Shown here piece by piece: positions 39,681 through 49,379 of a stretch of DNA of 64,000 nt. Source of the DNA: Bacteroidales bacterium (GTDB lineage Bacteria; Bacteroidota; Bacteroidia; Bacteroidales; UBA932); NCBI GenBank assembly GCA_017960545.1, contig JAGCYZ010000051.1, positions 19,784-83,783 on the forward strand, read 5' to 3'. The notes under the pieces were generated by a model that did no database searches, had not been told where the DNA came from, and was given only the letters and a program-made list of their open reading frames with translations. Each line of letters starts with the position of its first letter. Position 1 is the first letter of the stretch. The translations under genes were made by a program, and so were the position numbers.

Positions 39681-41156
39681 TTAAAGTGATTTATTAAGAT
39701 ATTCTTTCCATTTTCCATAAGCTTCCTCAAGAGGCTGCTTCCACTCTGCCACAGGGTTGACCTCGCCTTCTTTCTGGAGGTTTGCGAAGGCCTCCTTGGA
39801 GTTCTTGTAGAACTTGCATCCGAGAGCCGCTCCGCGGGCTGCGCCAAGGGCGCCGTCAGTGCTGAGGATCTCGATGGTGGAGTCGCAAAGGGTGGCCAGT
39901 GTGCGGCGGAAGATAGGGCTGAGGAACAGGTTTGCCTTTCCTGCGTGGATCACCTTTGTGGCCATACCCAGTTCCTTGATTACGTCAAGGCCGTAGCGGA
40001 ATGAGAATGCTATTCCCTCCTGGGCGGCCCTGATGATGTGTGCGGATGAGTGGCGCACCAGGTCTATTCCGGCAATTCCGGCGCCTACCTGGCGGTTTCC
40101 AAGGACTCTTTCGGCTCCGTTTCCGAACGGGAGCATAAGCAGGCCGTCGGATCCTACAGGGATGCTGTCGGCAATGATGTTCATCTGGCTGTATGTCATA
40201 TCCGGGGCGATGTTGCGCCTTACCCAGGAATTGAGGATTCCGGTACCGTTGATGCACAGCAGCACTCCGTAACGGTTCTGCTCTGCAGTATGGTTCACGT
40301 GCAGGAAGCTGTTCACGCGGAACTGAGGGTCAGGGAGACGCTTGTCGGTAACTGCGTAAACGACTCCGCTGGTACCGCCGGTGGCTGCAACCTCGCCGGG
40401 GTTGAGGACGTCAAGGGAGAAAGCGTTGTTGGGCTGGTCTCCCGCACGGTAGGAAACAGGTGTTCCCTGAGGAATGCCCAGAAGGCCCTCGATCTTGGCG
40501 GTTGTCTTTCCTGAAATGCCTATTGAAGGGGCGATGTCGGGAATCATTGCGGTATCTATTCCGTAATAGTTGGCTACGAAGTCAGCCCTTTCGTTTTTCT
40601 TGAAGTCCCAGAGGATCTGCTCTGAAAGACCGGTTTCCGTTGTGGTGATTTCTCCGGTGAGGAGATAGTTGATATAGTCTCCGGGAAGCATGAAGCGGTA
40701 GATCTTCTCATAGGTCTCCGGCTCGTTGCGCTTTACCCAGGCAAGCTTGGAAGCGGTGAAGTTACCGGGAGAGTTGAGCAGATGTGCTACGCATTTGTCG
40801 TGGCCGATGGCCTCCAGGGCCTCCTCTCCAATTCCCACGGCGCGTGAATCGCACCAGATGATGGCGTCGCGTACCGGATGGATGTCCTTGTCAACGGCAA
40901 CCAGGCCGTGCATCTGGTAGGTGATACCAATGCAGGCGACCTGCTTGAGGTCATACTGGAGTCCGATGTCCTGGACACCGTCGCAGATATACTTCCACCA
41001 GAGCATAGGGTCCTGTTCGGCCCAGCCTTTTACCGGTGAAGATATTTTCATTTCTGCCGTAGGGTTAGTAGATGAAGCGAGGCACAAGCCTTTGTCAATA
41101 TCCAATAAAGAAACTTTTATGGATGAAGAACCTATATCAATACCTAATGAATACAT
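39681..41156 (-). CDS. xylB: Xylulokinase, FGGY family
   Basis: GIDIGSSS, YQMHG, IIWCD, AGDQ; adjacent to xylA. Confidence 0.93.
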   Translation of the reverse strand: MYSLGIDIGSSSIKVSLLDIDKGLCLASSTNPTAEMKISSPVKGWAEQDPMLWWKYICDGVQDIGLQYDLKQVACIGITYQMHGLVAVDKDIHPVRDAIIWCDSRAVGIGEEALEAIGHDKCVAHLLNSPGNFTASKLAWVKRNEPETYEKIYRFMLPGDYINYLLTGEITTTETGLSEQILWDFKKNERADFVANYYGIDTAMIPDIAPSIGISGKTTAKIEGLLGIPQGTPVSYRAGDQPNNAFSLDVLNPGEVAATGGTSGVVYAVTDKRLPDPQFRVNSFLHVNHTAEQNRYGVLLCINGTGILNSWVRRNIAPDMTYSQMNIIADSIPVGSDGLLMLPFGNGAERVLGNRQVGAGIAGIDLVRHSSAHIIRAAQEGIAFSFRYGLDVIKELGMATKVIHAGKANLFLSPIFRRTLATLCDSTIEILSTDGALGAARGAALGCKFYKNSKEAFANLQKEGEVNPVAEWKQPLEEAYGKWKEYLNKSL

Positions 41157-41227
41157 GTTATTAACTTATTGGTTAATCTTGACAAAGATATCTAAAATTA
41201 TTCATATATCAAGGGAGAAAATTATAA

Positions 41228-42283
41228 TTATTGCCCGTTTCCCAAAACAAATTCCGTGATGGCCTGGATGCCGGGGAGGCCGTAGTAGGACGCCACTATG
41301 TTCCCTTTCAGAAATACCTGGCGCCCAAGGAGTTGCGGGTTATCTACAAGGTTGAGGGCATCCCTGGTGTCCCCCTGCTGGAGCTGTACGGACACGCATC
41401 CGTCCCTGCCGTTGACCGGGAATTTGGGGCTGAGCAGCAGATTTGTCTTGGAAGTGAAAGGGCCCTGATACGATGCTTTTGAAGAGGTCAGGTCTCCCCC
41501 GGCAATGTACCCGTAAACCCAGACCTCCCTTGCCCCTACGTTCTGCCTTGCCTCCCAGACACCCATTGCGTTTCCAAGGTCCGTCCCGGATTCCTGTCCC
41601 TGATCCCCTATCACGTAATCTTCATTTATCCACGTGCAGGTGGTATCCAACTGGATGCTGAGTCCCCCGCCCTGCTGAGCAGCAAAGTTCAGCGTAAGGT
41701 TTTCCCGTGCCCTGAGGCTCCTGGTCATAAGTGGTGACAGTTCGTCCCCCTGCTTGAGCTGGAAGGACACTATGCCCGGTTGGAAATAAGCCGTGCGGGT
41801 CTCCGCCTGGGCAAAGGCCAGAGTCCCCTCCTGGGCGGTGATCAAGATCCCTGCCCCGGGATACCTTTGCCGGAACGAATTGTCAAAGGTCAGTTTTACA
41901 CCGCAATTCAATTGTGTACAGAATAAGTTTACATTTGACAACCCTCCCATTTCAACCAGAACCAGCTGCTCGTCTCCATACAAGGGAGCATCAAATGCGG
42001 GCGCTCCGGGACGTGCTGAAACCGCCTTGACGGTATATGTTCCGGGCACGGTTCCGATGGGCTGCGGTGCGGCTCCATAGGGGCCTTCATACACCACTTT
42101 CCCTTTGTCTGAAACTACGGAAAGTATGAAACTATTGGTGTCAGGCAGGTTTTTTGACGCCTTGGTATTCAGATAGATCTCTTTGGAGAACGAGATGGAA
42201 AGCTCCCCGTTTTCCACGGGAAAGAAGTAATCGCACGAGCACAGAAGGGCGGCCGCGGCCACCAATAAAAAAAAGTTTTTCAT
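41228..42283 (-). CDS. DUF4493-like lipoprotein with C-terminal DUF6359-like domain
   Basis: Lipobox LCSC; PAFDAPLYG; VWVYGYI...RDALNLVDNP. Confidence 0.7.
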   Translation of the reverse strand: MKNFFLLVAAAALLCSCDYFFPVENGELSISFSKEIYLNTKASKNLPDTNSFILSVVSDKGKVVYEGPYGAAPQPIGTVPGTYTVKAVSARPGAPAFDAPLYGDEQLVLVEMGGLSNVNLFCTQLNCGVKLTFDNSFRQRYPGAGILITAQEGTLAFAQAETRTAYFQPGIVSFQLKQGDELSPLMTRSLRARENLTLNFAAQQGGGLSIQLDTTCTWINEDYVIGDQGQESGTDLGNAMGVWEARQNVGAREVWVYGYIAGGDLTSSKASYQGPFTSKTNLLLSPKFPVNGRDGCVSVQLQQGDTRDALNLVDNPQLLGRQVFLKGNIVASYYGLPGIQAITEFVLGNGQ

Positions 42284-42299
42284 ATAGTTTGTCATTTAG

Positions 42300-42393
42300 G
42301 TTTGCCTTAAAATTTCACGAGGTAGCCGCATCTCTGCGGCTGCCTCGCTACTTAACCTAAACTTAAACTATGAAAAACTTCGTCACAAATATA
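42300..42393 (-). promoter_or_regulatory. Promoter and structured 5' leader (possible attenuator or sRNA)
   Basis: TTTG...TATATTTG (42393-42386); hairpin CGAGGCAGCCGCA-GAGA-TGCGGCTACCTCG at 42347-42318. Confidence 0.6.
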
Positions 42394-42575
42394 GGAATAA
42401 TCTTTCATTTGCCAAATTTTTCTTGATAATTATTATCATCCCCATTGATGCGGCATTCAAAAAAATAAGAAAACAGAGTTACCATAAGCCTTTTTTCCGT
42501 ATATTTGGATTACAGATTATTACCCACGAACACTAATTAATACATTTTTATAACCAAACATTTTTAATTTATACT

Positions 42576-45500
42576 ATGAAATTATCGAAAGCGAGCCTCA
42601 AAAGGGCTCTTTTGACCGTTTTGTTTGCCGTCACGGCATTCGGATCTCACGCTTTCGCCCAGACCGTTACCGCTAACGGAAAGGTCATAGACGCAAACGG
42701 AGAGCCTCTGATAGGCGTTGGAGTCCTTGTCAAGGGCACAACTGCCGGTACCGTTACTGATATGGACGGTATCTTCTCCATTCCGGTAGCTTCAGGAGCT
42801 ACCCTGGAATTCTCCTCAATCGGATACGCCACCCAGTCCGTAGTGGTTACAAACAGCAATCCAATGACCATTACGCTGGCAGAGGACAACGAGGCACTGG
42901 AAGAGGCTGTCGTGGTGGGATACGGTACCCAGAAGAAAGGACTCGTAACGGGATCCGTGGTTACCGTAAACAGCGATGAAATACAGAAACAGGCCACAAC
43001 CAACGTCCTGTCCTCCCTGTACAGCACCACGCCGGGCGTAAACATCACCCGTACCAGCGGTATGTCCTGGGGCACCCCCAAGATCACCATCCGAGGCCTG
43101 AACACCACGGGAGACTCCTCCCCTCTGTACGTAATCGACGGTATAGCTGGCGGTTCAATCGAGCACCTCAATTCCTCCGACATCGAGTCCATCAGCATCC
43201 TCAAGGATGCCGCTTCGGCCGCCATCTACGGAGCACGTGCCGCCGCGGGAGTTATCTTCGTGACCACCCGCCAGGGCAAGAAGGACAAGGTGACAGTAAC
43301 CTTCGATTCCTACTATGGAATCCAGCGCCCCAATATGAATGGCGTTTCCACAGTAGGAGCAAAGGAGTACATAGACCTTGTTGACCGCGCAATGCTTGAC
43401 GAAGGCGCCATCCAGCCCGGCGAGCACTATTACGACTATCCTAACGTAATGCCAGTCCAGTGGGCCCAGATCCAGAACGGAACCTGGGACGGAACCAACT
43501 GGGTAAAGGAAATGATCAACCAGAACGCCCCTATGTACGGCACGTCCGTAGGTATCACCGGCGGTTCCGACATGATTCGTTTCTCAATGGGATACTCCAA
43601 CTCTTATTCCGAGTCCTCATTCGGATATCCTAAAGGCAAGTACTTCTACAAGAGGAACACTTTCCGCATCAACAGCGACGTCTCCCTGTGGAAGAGCAGC
43701 ACGGGCCGCGACATTATCACCTTTGGAGAGAACCTGGTTATAAGCCAGTACTTCAACCACAACTACAGTTCCGAGCTCCGAAGCCTGATGCAGTATGACC
43801 CTCTCCTCCCCGCCTACGACACCGACGGAACCCTCTATACCTATGAGGACCAGATCCGCGACGGATGGTACCAGGAAGAGAACATCTCCAACCCCCTGGA
43901 GGCCAACACCCACACACAGTATCAAGGAAGCAACTACAGCGTCCAGGCAAATGCGTTCCTGACTATCGCGCCCACACCTGACTGGACCTTCAAGACCCAG
44001 CTTGGCTATCGCGTAAACACAGGAGCCAGCAGGCAATACACTCCTACATACCAGCTTGCAGGAAACAATTTCAACGAGTATGATGATGTCAACCAGGCAT
44101 TGAGCCTGAGCCAGAACTGGACCTGGGAGAACACCCTCCAGTACAACCACAACTTTGGCCAGCACCACTTTGACGCCCTCATCGGACAGTCCATAGAAGG
44201 AACCAACTGGGGCACCAGCCTTTCCACGACCCGCCAGCAGACCCTGTTCGGCACCTGGGAGTCAGCCACCATCGACAACTGCGACAGCGACATCAACTCC
44301 ACCATGGTTACGGTAAGGGGCGGCAACCAGCTTCCTTACAACAACCTGTTCTCACTGTTCGGACGTCTGAACTGGAACTACAATGAGACCTATATGGCTA
44401 CAGCTATCCTCCGTGCGGACGGTTCTTCCAACTTTGCACGCGGGCACAGGTACGGCTACTTCCCTTCATTCTCCGCAGGATGGGTAATCACCAACATGGA
44501 CTTCATGGACTTCTCCAAGGGATGGCTCGACTTCCTCAAGCTCCGTGCAAGCTGGGGCCGCAACGGTAACTCCCGTATCAAGGCGTTCCAGTACCTTGGA
44601 ACTGTAGCATTCATCACCGGATACGACTTCACCTACGACCAGTCCACCACCTCCACAGGAGCATATCCTGACATCATCCCCAACACGGAACTCACCTGGG
44701 AGGCTACCGAGCAGACGGACATAGGCTTTGACGCCAACTTCTTCGACTACCGCATGAACTTGACGTTCGACCTGTACAGGAAGGACACCAAGGATTGGCT
44801 GGTTGACGCCCCCGCGCTCAATTCCTATGGAACCGGAGCTCCTACCATCAACGGCGGAGCCGTGCGCAACGAGGGATTCGAGATCGCCCTTGGCTGGAAC
44901 GACCGCATAGGAGACTTCAGGTACAACGCTTCCGTAAGCCTTTCACACAACCGCAACAAGGTTCTCTACATCAACAACGCTGACGGAATCATCCACGGAG
45001 GATACAACGTCATTTCCAACAACGTAAACGTTTACAACGCATTCGAGGCACGCCCGGGCAAGCCTATCGGCTACTTCACCGGTATTGCCAGCGAGGGTAT
45101 CTTCCAGAACCAGGCACAGATCGACCAGTACCGTGACAACGGCTACACCTTCATGAACGGATACGAGAACACCCAGCCGGGTGACGTTATCTGGACAGAG
45201 CAGGTTGTCGACGGCGTATATGACAACAACGACGTCACTGAGATAGGTAACCCTCATCCGGACTACACCGTAGGCTTCAACATCGGTTTCAACTGGAAGG
45301 GCCTTGACGTATCCATCAACGGATCCGGAGACTTTGGCCAGCAGAACTACCTGACCTACCACGAGTTCGGTTGGAAGAACACTGACAACTACGCCAACAA
45401 CTTCGTGAAGAGGCTCTGGACCGGAGAAGGCTCAACCAATTCCTTCCCCCGCTTCTCCTCCGGAAAGCACAACAACTTCTACTGCAAGGGCTATCAGGGA

Positions 45501-45761
45501 GACATCTGGGTATTTGACTCGGATTATCTCAAAGTCCGCAACATCACCATCGGCTACGACCTTAAGTCCGCATTCAAGAAACTCCCTTGCGAGCAGCTCA
45601 GGATATTCTTCACCGGACAGAACCTGATAACCTTCACAAAGTACGACGGTATGGACCCGGAGGTCGGTTACGGCGCAGGCTACAGCTGGACTTCCGGTAT
45701 CGACCGCGGTTTCTATCCAAACCCCAAGGTATTCCAGGCCGGTATCAGCATCAGATTTTAA
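42576..45761 (+). CDS. SusC/RagA TonB-dependent transporter
   Basis: VVVGYG, PLYVIDG, LKDAASAAIYGARAAAGVI, DPE...YP, terminal F. Confidence 0.96.
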   Translation: MKLSKASLKRALLTVLFAVTAFGSHAFAQTVTANGKVIDANGEPLIGVGVLVKGTTAGTVTDMDGIFSIPVASGATLEFSSIGYATQSVVVTNSNPMTITLAEDNEALEEAVVVGYGTQKKGLVTGSVVTVNSDEIQKQATTNVLSSLYSTTPGVNITRTSGMSWGTPKITIRGLNTTGDSSPLYVIDGIAGGSIEHLNSSDIESISILKDAASAAIYGARAAAGVIFVTTRQGKKDKVTVTFDSYYGIQRPNMNGVSTVGAKEYIDLVDRAMLDEGAIQPGEHYYDYPNVMPVQWAQIQNGTWDGTNWVKEMINQNAPMYGTSVGITGGSDMIRFSMGYSNSYSESSFGYPKGKYFYKRNTFRINSDVSLWKSSTGRDIITFGENLVISQYFNHNYSSELRSLMQYDPLLPAYDTDGTLYTYEDQIRDGWYQEENISNPLEANTHTQYQGSNYSVQANAFLTIAPTPDWTFKTQLGYRVNTGASRQYTPTYQLAGNNFNEYDDVNQALSLSQNWTWENTLQYNHNFGQHHFDALIGQSIEGTNWGTSLSTTRQQTLFGTWESATIDNCDSDINSTMVTVRGGNQLPYNNLFSLFGRLNWNYNETYMATAILRADGSSNFARGHRYGYFPSFSAGWVITNMDFMDFSKGWLDFLKLRASWGRNGNSRIKAFQYLGTVAFITGYDFTYDQSTTSTGAYPDIIPNTELTWEATEQTDIGFDANFFDYRMNLTFDLYRKDTKDWLVDAPALNSYGTGAPTINGGAVRNEGFEIALGWNDRIGDFRYNASVSLSHNRNKVLYINNADGIIHGGYNVISNNVNVYNAFEARPGKPIGYFTGIASEGIFQNQAQIDQYRDNGYTFMNGYENTQPGDVIWTEQVVDGVYDNNDVTEIGNPHPDYTVGFNIGFNWKGLDVSINGSGDFGQQNYLTYHEFGWKNTDNYANNFVKRLWTGEGSTNSFPRFSSGKHNNFYCKGYQGDIWVFDSDYLKVRNITIGYDLKSAFKKLPCEQLRIFFTGQNLITFTKYDGMDPEVGYGAGYSWTSGIDRGFYPNPKVFQAGISIRF

Positions 45762-45779
45762 TTAAAGGAGGAATTGAAT

Positions 45780-47630
45780 ATGAAAAAGATATTTACATAT
45801 ATAGTATTTGCCCTGGCGTTCTTGACAGCCGGTTGCGATATGGATTCTATCCTCGACTCTACCAACTATGACAAGAAAGACACGGGCAACTTCCCGCAGA
45901 CGGCCGCTGACGCGGACCAGATCCTGACCGGCGTTTACAACCGTCTTCCAAGGATGTACCAGGAGAGCTATGCCTGGCAGAGCTCCATCTTCATTGCAAA
46001 CGCCGCCAGCGATGACTGCTTTGGCGCCGGCTCCACTTCTTCCGTATGGGCGCAGGCCTATGACAGGTTCCTCATCCAGAGGCAGGAGAGCATCACCGAT
46101 GCCTGGAAGACATACTACGAGGGCATCTTCAGGTCCAACTACGGCCTTCAGACCATTCCCGAACTGGACGACAGCCTGTTCGGCAGTTCCAAGGAAAAGA
46201 ACTACATCCTTGGACAGCTGTACTTCCTCCGCGCCTGGTATGACTGGGAACTGGCACAGAACTTTGGAACCTTCCCGCTCCTTGACAGTCCGGAGCCTGT
46301 GAACAAGGAAAAGGCCAGCGTAGAAGAGATATATGCTTCCATAGCTGGCGATCTCAAGCAGGCCATCAGCCTGATGCCTTCCGAGTACGGCTACACCCAG
46401 GCCGCAGGAATGGTCGGACGCGCAACCAAATACGCCGCCGAAGCCCTTATGGGAAGGATCTGGTTGTTCTACACCGGATTCTACGGCAAGAGCGACATGG
46501 CTGGCGTAACCAAGGCCGATGTTATCAACTATCTCAGGGACGTACGCGACAACTCAGGCTTCGGCCTTGTCGCAGACCAGCGCGAGATATGGTGCTACAC
46601 AAACGACTACACCACCGGTTACGCATACGGAACCCAGGACCAACTTGGAACCTATGCCGGCAAGGAAGGCCTCCACTGGGTGGGCAACCACTGCAAGGAA
46701 ACCATCTGGGGAGCACACTTCAGCCTTGTGGAGAACCTTAACGGCAACGGAAACTGCCTTGGCCTGCGCCAGGGCCTGAGGGATCTTTCCAACAACGTTT
46801 CCAAGTCTATGTTCCCTTACGGAGGCGCTTACAACGAGAACTCCGTGAACCCCAGGTTTGCAAGGGAATGGGCGGAAGATCCTGACTATGGCCTTGCGGA
46901 CAAGCGTTTCTTCGGAACCATACTGGCAACCGGAGACGCAGCCCAGGTTTATTCTGACGGCACTGCCGGAACCTGGTGGCCGGAAGGCGAGACGGCGGAG
47001 ATGGACTATTACGAAGGAGCTCCCACCAAGGAGGTGGAGAAGACTTTCCTGTACAACAAGAAGTACATAAACGTTTCCGCCCTTGAGGGAGGAAAGATGG
47101 ATGGAAACATCTACCGCACCTTCTTCCGCTGCTATCCAAACTTTGACACCAACTCCAATTCAAGCGGTATGCGCAACGACGTCATCTACATCCGCTTCGC
47201 AGATGTCCTCCTTATGCTTGACGAGCTTGAAGAGACAGTCACCGGAATGAACCAGATCCGCGCCCGCGCAGGCCTGGAACCGTACCCTTCCTACACGTTC
47301 GAGCGCCTGCAGAAGGAGCGCCGCTATGAATTCTGCTTCGAGGGTATCCGTTTCAACGACCTCAGGCGCTGGTATCCGGAAACCGCAGGAGACATCATCG
47401 AGAATAACCAGCTGGGCGAGTACAACACCTACCGCGGAACCATTGTCCAGGGTGGTTACAGGAACTGGGACGGCCCCGGCATCGCAGCGCGTTACAAGGC
47501 TTCACACGGCTTTATGAGGATCCCTTCTACAGAAGTATCCCTGTCCAACGGCGTACTTGAGCAGACCCCGGGATTCCTTGACGAAAACGTTAACGATTGG
47601 CTTTACAGCAACGGCAAATTACCTCATTAA
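45780..47630 (+). CDS. SusD/RagB lipoprotein
   Basis: Lipobox TAGC, FLRAW, GRATKYAA, IRFADVLL, ERRYEFCFEG-RFNDLRRW. Confidence 0.95.
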   Translation: MKKIFTYIVFALAFLTAGCDMDSILDSTNYDKKDTGNFPQTAADADQILTGVYNRLPRMYQESYAWQSSIFIANAASDDCFGAGSTSSVWAQAYDRFLIQRQESITDAWKTYYEGIFRSNYGLQTIPELDDSLFGSSKEKNYILGQLYFLRAWYDWELAQNFGTFPLLDSPEPVNKEKASVEEIYASIAGDLKQAISLMPSEYGYTQAAGMVGRATKYAAEALMGRIWLFYTGFYGKSDMAGVTKADVINYLRDVRDNSGFGLVADQREIWCYTNDYTTGYAYGTQDQLGTYAGKEGLHWVGNHCKETIWGAHFSLVENLNGNGNCLGLRQGLRDLSNNVSKSMFPYGGAYNENSVNPRFAREWAEDPDYGLADKRFFGTILATGDAAQVYSDGTAGTWWPEGETAEMDYYEGAPTKEVEKTFLYNKKYINVSALEGGKMDGNIYRTFFRCYPNFDTNSNSSGMRNDVIYIRFADVLLMLDELEETVTGMNQIRARAGLEPYPSYTFERLQKERRYEFCFEGIRFNDLRRWYPETAGDIIENNQLGEYNTYRGTIVQGGYRNWDGPGIAARYKASHGFMRIPSTEVSLSNGVLEQTPGFLDENVNDWLYSNGKLPH

Positions 47631-47707
47631 AATTTTTGAACAACTCTCTGATATTTTTTATAACTTTGAGGGAATTTTAGCCAATCTTTCGTTAATCATA
47701 TAGAATT

Positions 47708-49264
47708 ATGAAGAAACTTTTAATCCTAGCCGGTTTACTGACTCTTCTGGTAGGCTGCCAGAAGTCCGCTCAGGAACAGCTCAGCCCGGTCCTCACAATT
47801 GAGGGTGGCCAGGTTCAGGGTGTGTCAGTAGACAATGTTAAAGACGTGTTCGTATTCCGTGGAATTCCTTACGCAGCACCTCCAATCAGGGAGAACCGCT
47901 GGAAGGCTCCACAGCCGGTAGTTCCTTGGACAGGCGTTTATCTGGCCAACAGGTTCGGTAACCCAAGTTATCAGCACATCCAGTACAAGGGTGGATACTA
48001 CACTGAGTGGGGTTACGGAGACGAGGCTCCTTTCAGCGAGGACTGCCTCTATCTGAACGTATGGACAAAGAAGCCCGGACAGACAAATGCAAAACTCCCT
48101 GTTGCAATGTGGATTCACGGTGGCGGATACCGCGAGGGATTCGGAACCGAGCCTGAGTTCGACGCACAGGAGTGGGCAGGCAAGGACGTGATCCTTGTTT
48201 CCATCAACTACCGCCTTGGCGTTTTCGGATTCCTTGCACATCCTGACCTTTGCGCAGAAGGCCCCAACGGTGCAGCCGGAAACTATGGTATCATGGATAT
48301 GATAGCCGCTCTCAAGTGGATCAAGAACAACATCACCCAGTTTGGCGGAGATCCTGACAACGTTATGATCTTTGGCCAGAGCGCAGGTGGCGGCGCAGTC
48401 AGGACCCTTTGCGAGTCCCCTCTCGCCCGCGGTCTCTTCCACAAGGCTGTCATTATGAGTGCCGGTGGACTTACCGTTCCCGCACAGGGTGGTGCAACAA
48501 GGGCGGCAGCTCCCCGCGGAGGCTTCCCTGGAATGGGTGCAGCCCCTCAGGCAGCTCCCAAGCTTGCAGCTTACAAGGCTCCCGTTGCTCCCGAAGGACT
48601 CAACGCTCTCCAGAGGGCTGCCTTCAACACCAAGGTCGTTTACGACTGGGCAGGATATGACACCATCGAGAAGATGCGTGCAGCCGACACCGAGGTCATC
48701 TACGCAGCAGGTCCTCTCTACAACAACGCTACCGGAAACTATGGCAGCGTTAACGGAGCTCCTATCGTTGACGGTTACGTTTCACTCAAGAGCTTTGACG
48801 AGGCAGCCATCGACGGATCGCTTGCAGACGTTCCTTATATGATCGGTTACACCATGAACGATATGGGCAACCTCTCCGCCGGAATCGCAGCATTCTGCCA
48901 GAACCGCCAGGAGAAGGGAGCAAAGGCCTGGGCTTACGAGTTCGCCCGTCCTCTCCCTGACGATGGATCTCATCCTGAGGTTACCGTAAGGCTCAAGGGT
49001 GCATTCCACTCTTCTGACCTCTGGTTCGTATTCAAGTCCCTGCAGCACTGCTGGAGGCCTTGGACACAGGGTGACTGGGATCTTTCAGAGAAGATGCTCA
49101 CCGCTTGGACCAACTTCGCAAAATACAGCGATCCCAACGGCCCTAACGGCGGCGACTGGGCTCCTTGCACCAAGGAGAATCCTGGATTCATGGTATTCAA
49201 ACTTGACGCTCAGGACAAAGAGGCTTCCGCATTCGGCCAGCCTGTAACAGAGCTCGGTTACTAG
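47708..49264 (+). CDS. Type-B carboxylesterase lipoprotein, paralog 1
   Basis: Lipobox LVGC, SEDCLYLN, HGGG, GQSAG, GAFH. Confidence 0.92.
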   Translation: MKKLLILAGLLTLLVGCQKSAQEQLSPVLTIEGGQVQGVSVDNVKDVFVFRGIPYAAPPIRENRWKAPQPVVPWTGVYLANRFGNPSYQHIQYKGGYYTEWGYGDEAPFSEDCLYLNVWTKKPGQTNAKLPVAMWIHGGGYREGFGTEPEFDAQEWAGKDVILVSINYRLGVFGFLAHPDLCAEGPNGAAGNYGIMDMIAALKWIKNNITQFGGDPDNVMIFGQSAGGGAVRTLCESPLARGLFHKAVIMSAGGLTVPAQGGATRAAAPRGGFPGMGAAPQAAPKLAAYKAPVAPEGLNALQRAAFNTKVVYDWAGYDTIEKMRAADTEVIYAAGPLYNNATGNYGSVNGAPIVDGYVSLKSFDEAAIDGSLADVPYMIGYTMNDMGNLSAGIAAFCQNRQEKGAKAWAYEFARPLPDDGSHPEVTVRLKGAFHSSDLWFVFKSLQHCWRPWTQGDWDLSEKMLTAWTNFAKYSDPNGPNGGDWAPCTKENPGFMVFKLDAQDKEASAFGQPVTELGY

Positions 49265-49280
49265 AATCTCATATCCGTAC

Positions 49281-49318
49281 AATAAAAAAGGCGACCGGGT
49301 CCGGTCGCCTTTTTTATT
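49281..49318 (+). terminator. Intrinsic terminator
   Basis: AAAAAAGGCGACCGG-GT-CCGGTCGCCTTTTTT. Confidence 0.9.
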
Positions 49319-49379
49319 TAAACTATTATTACCTTTACAAAGATTCGGACTTAATTCTTATTCATCTATAATTTTCATT

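Noticed and set aside
42267-42274. A8 tract in the lipoprotein signal sequence as a phase-variation switch
   Set aside because: Short, in frame, and explained by Phe/Leu codons
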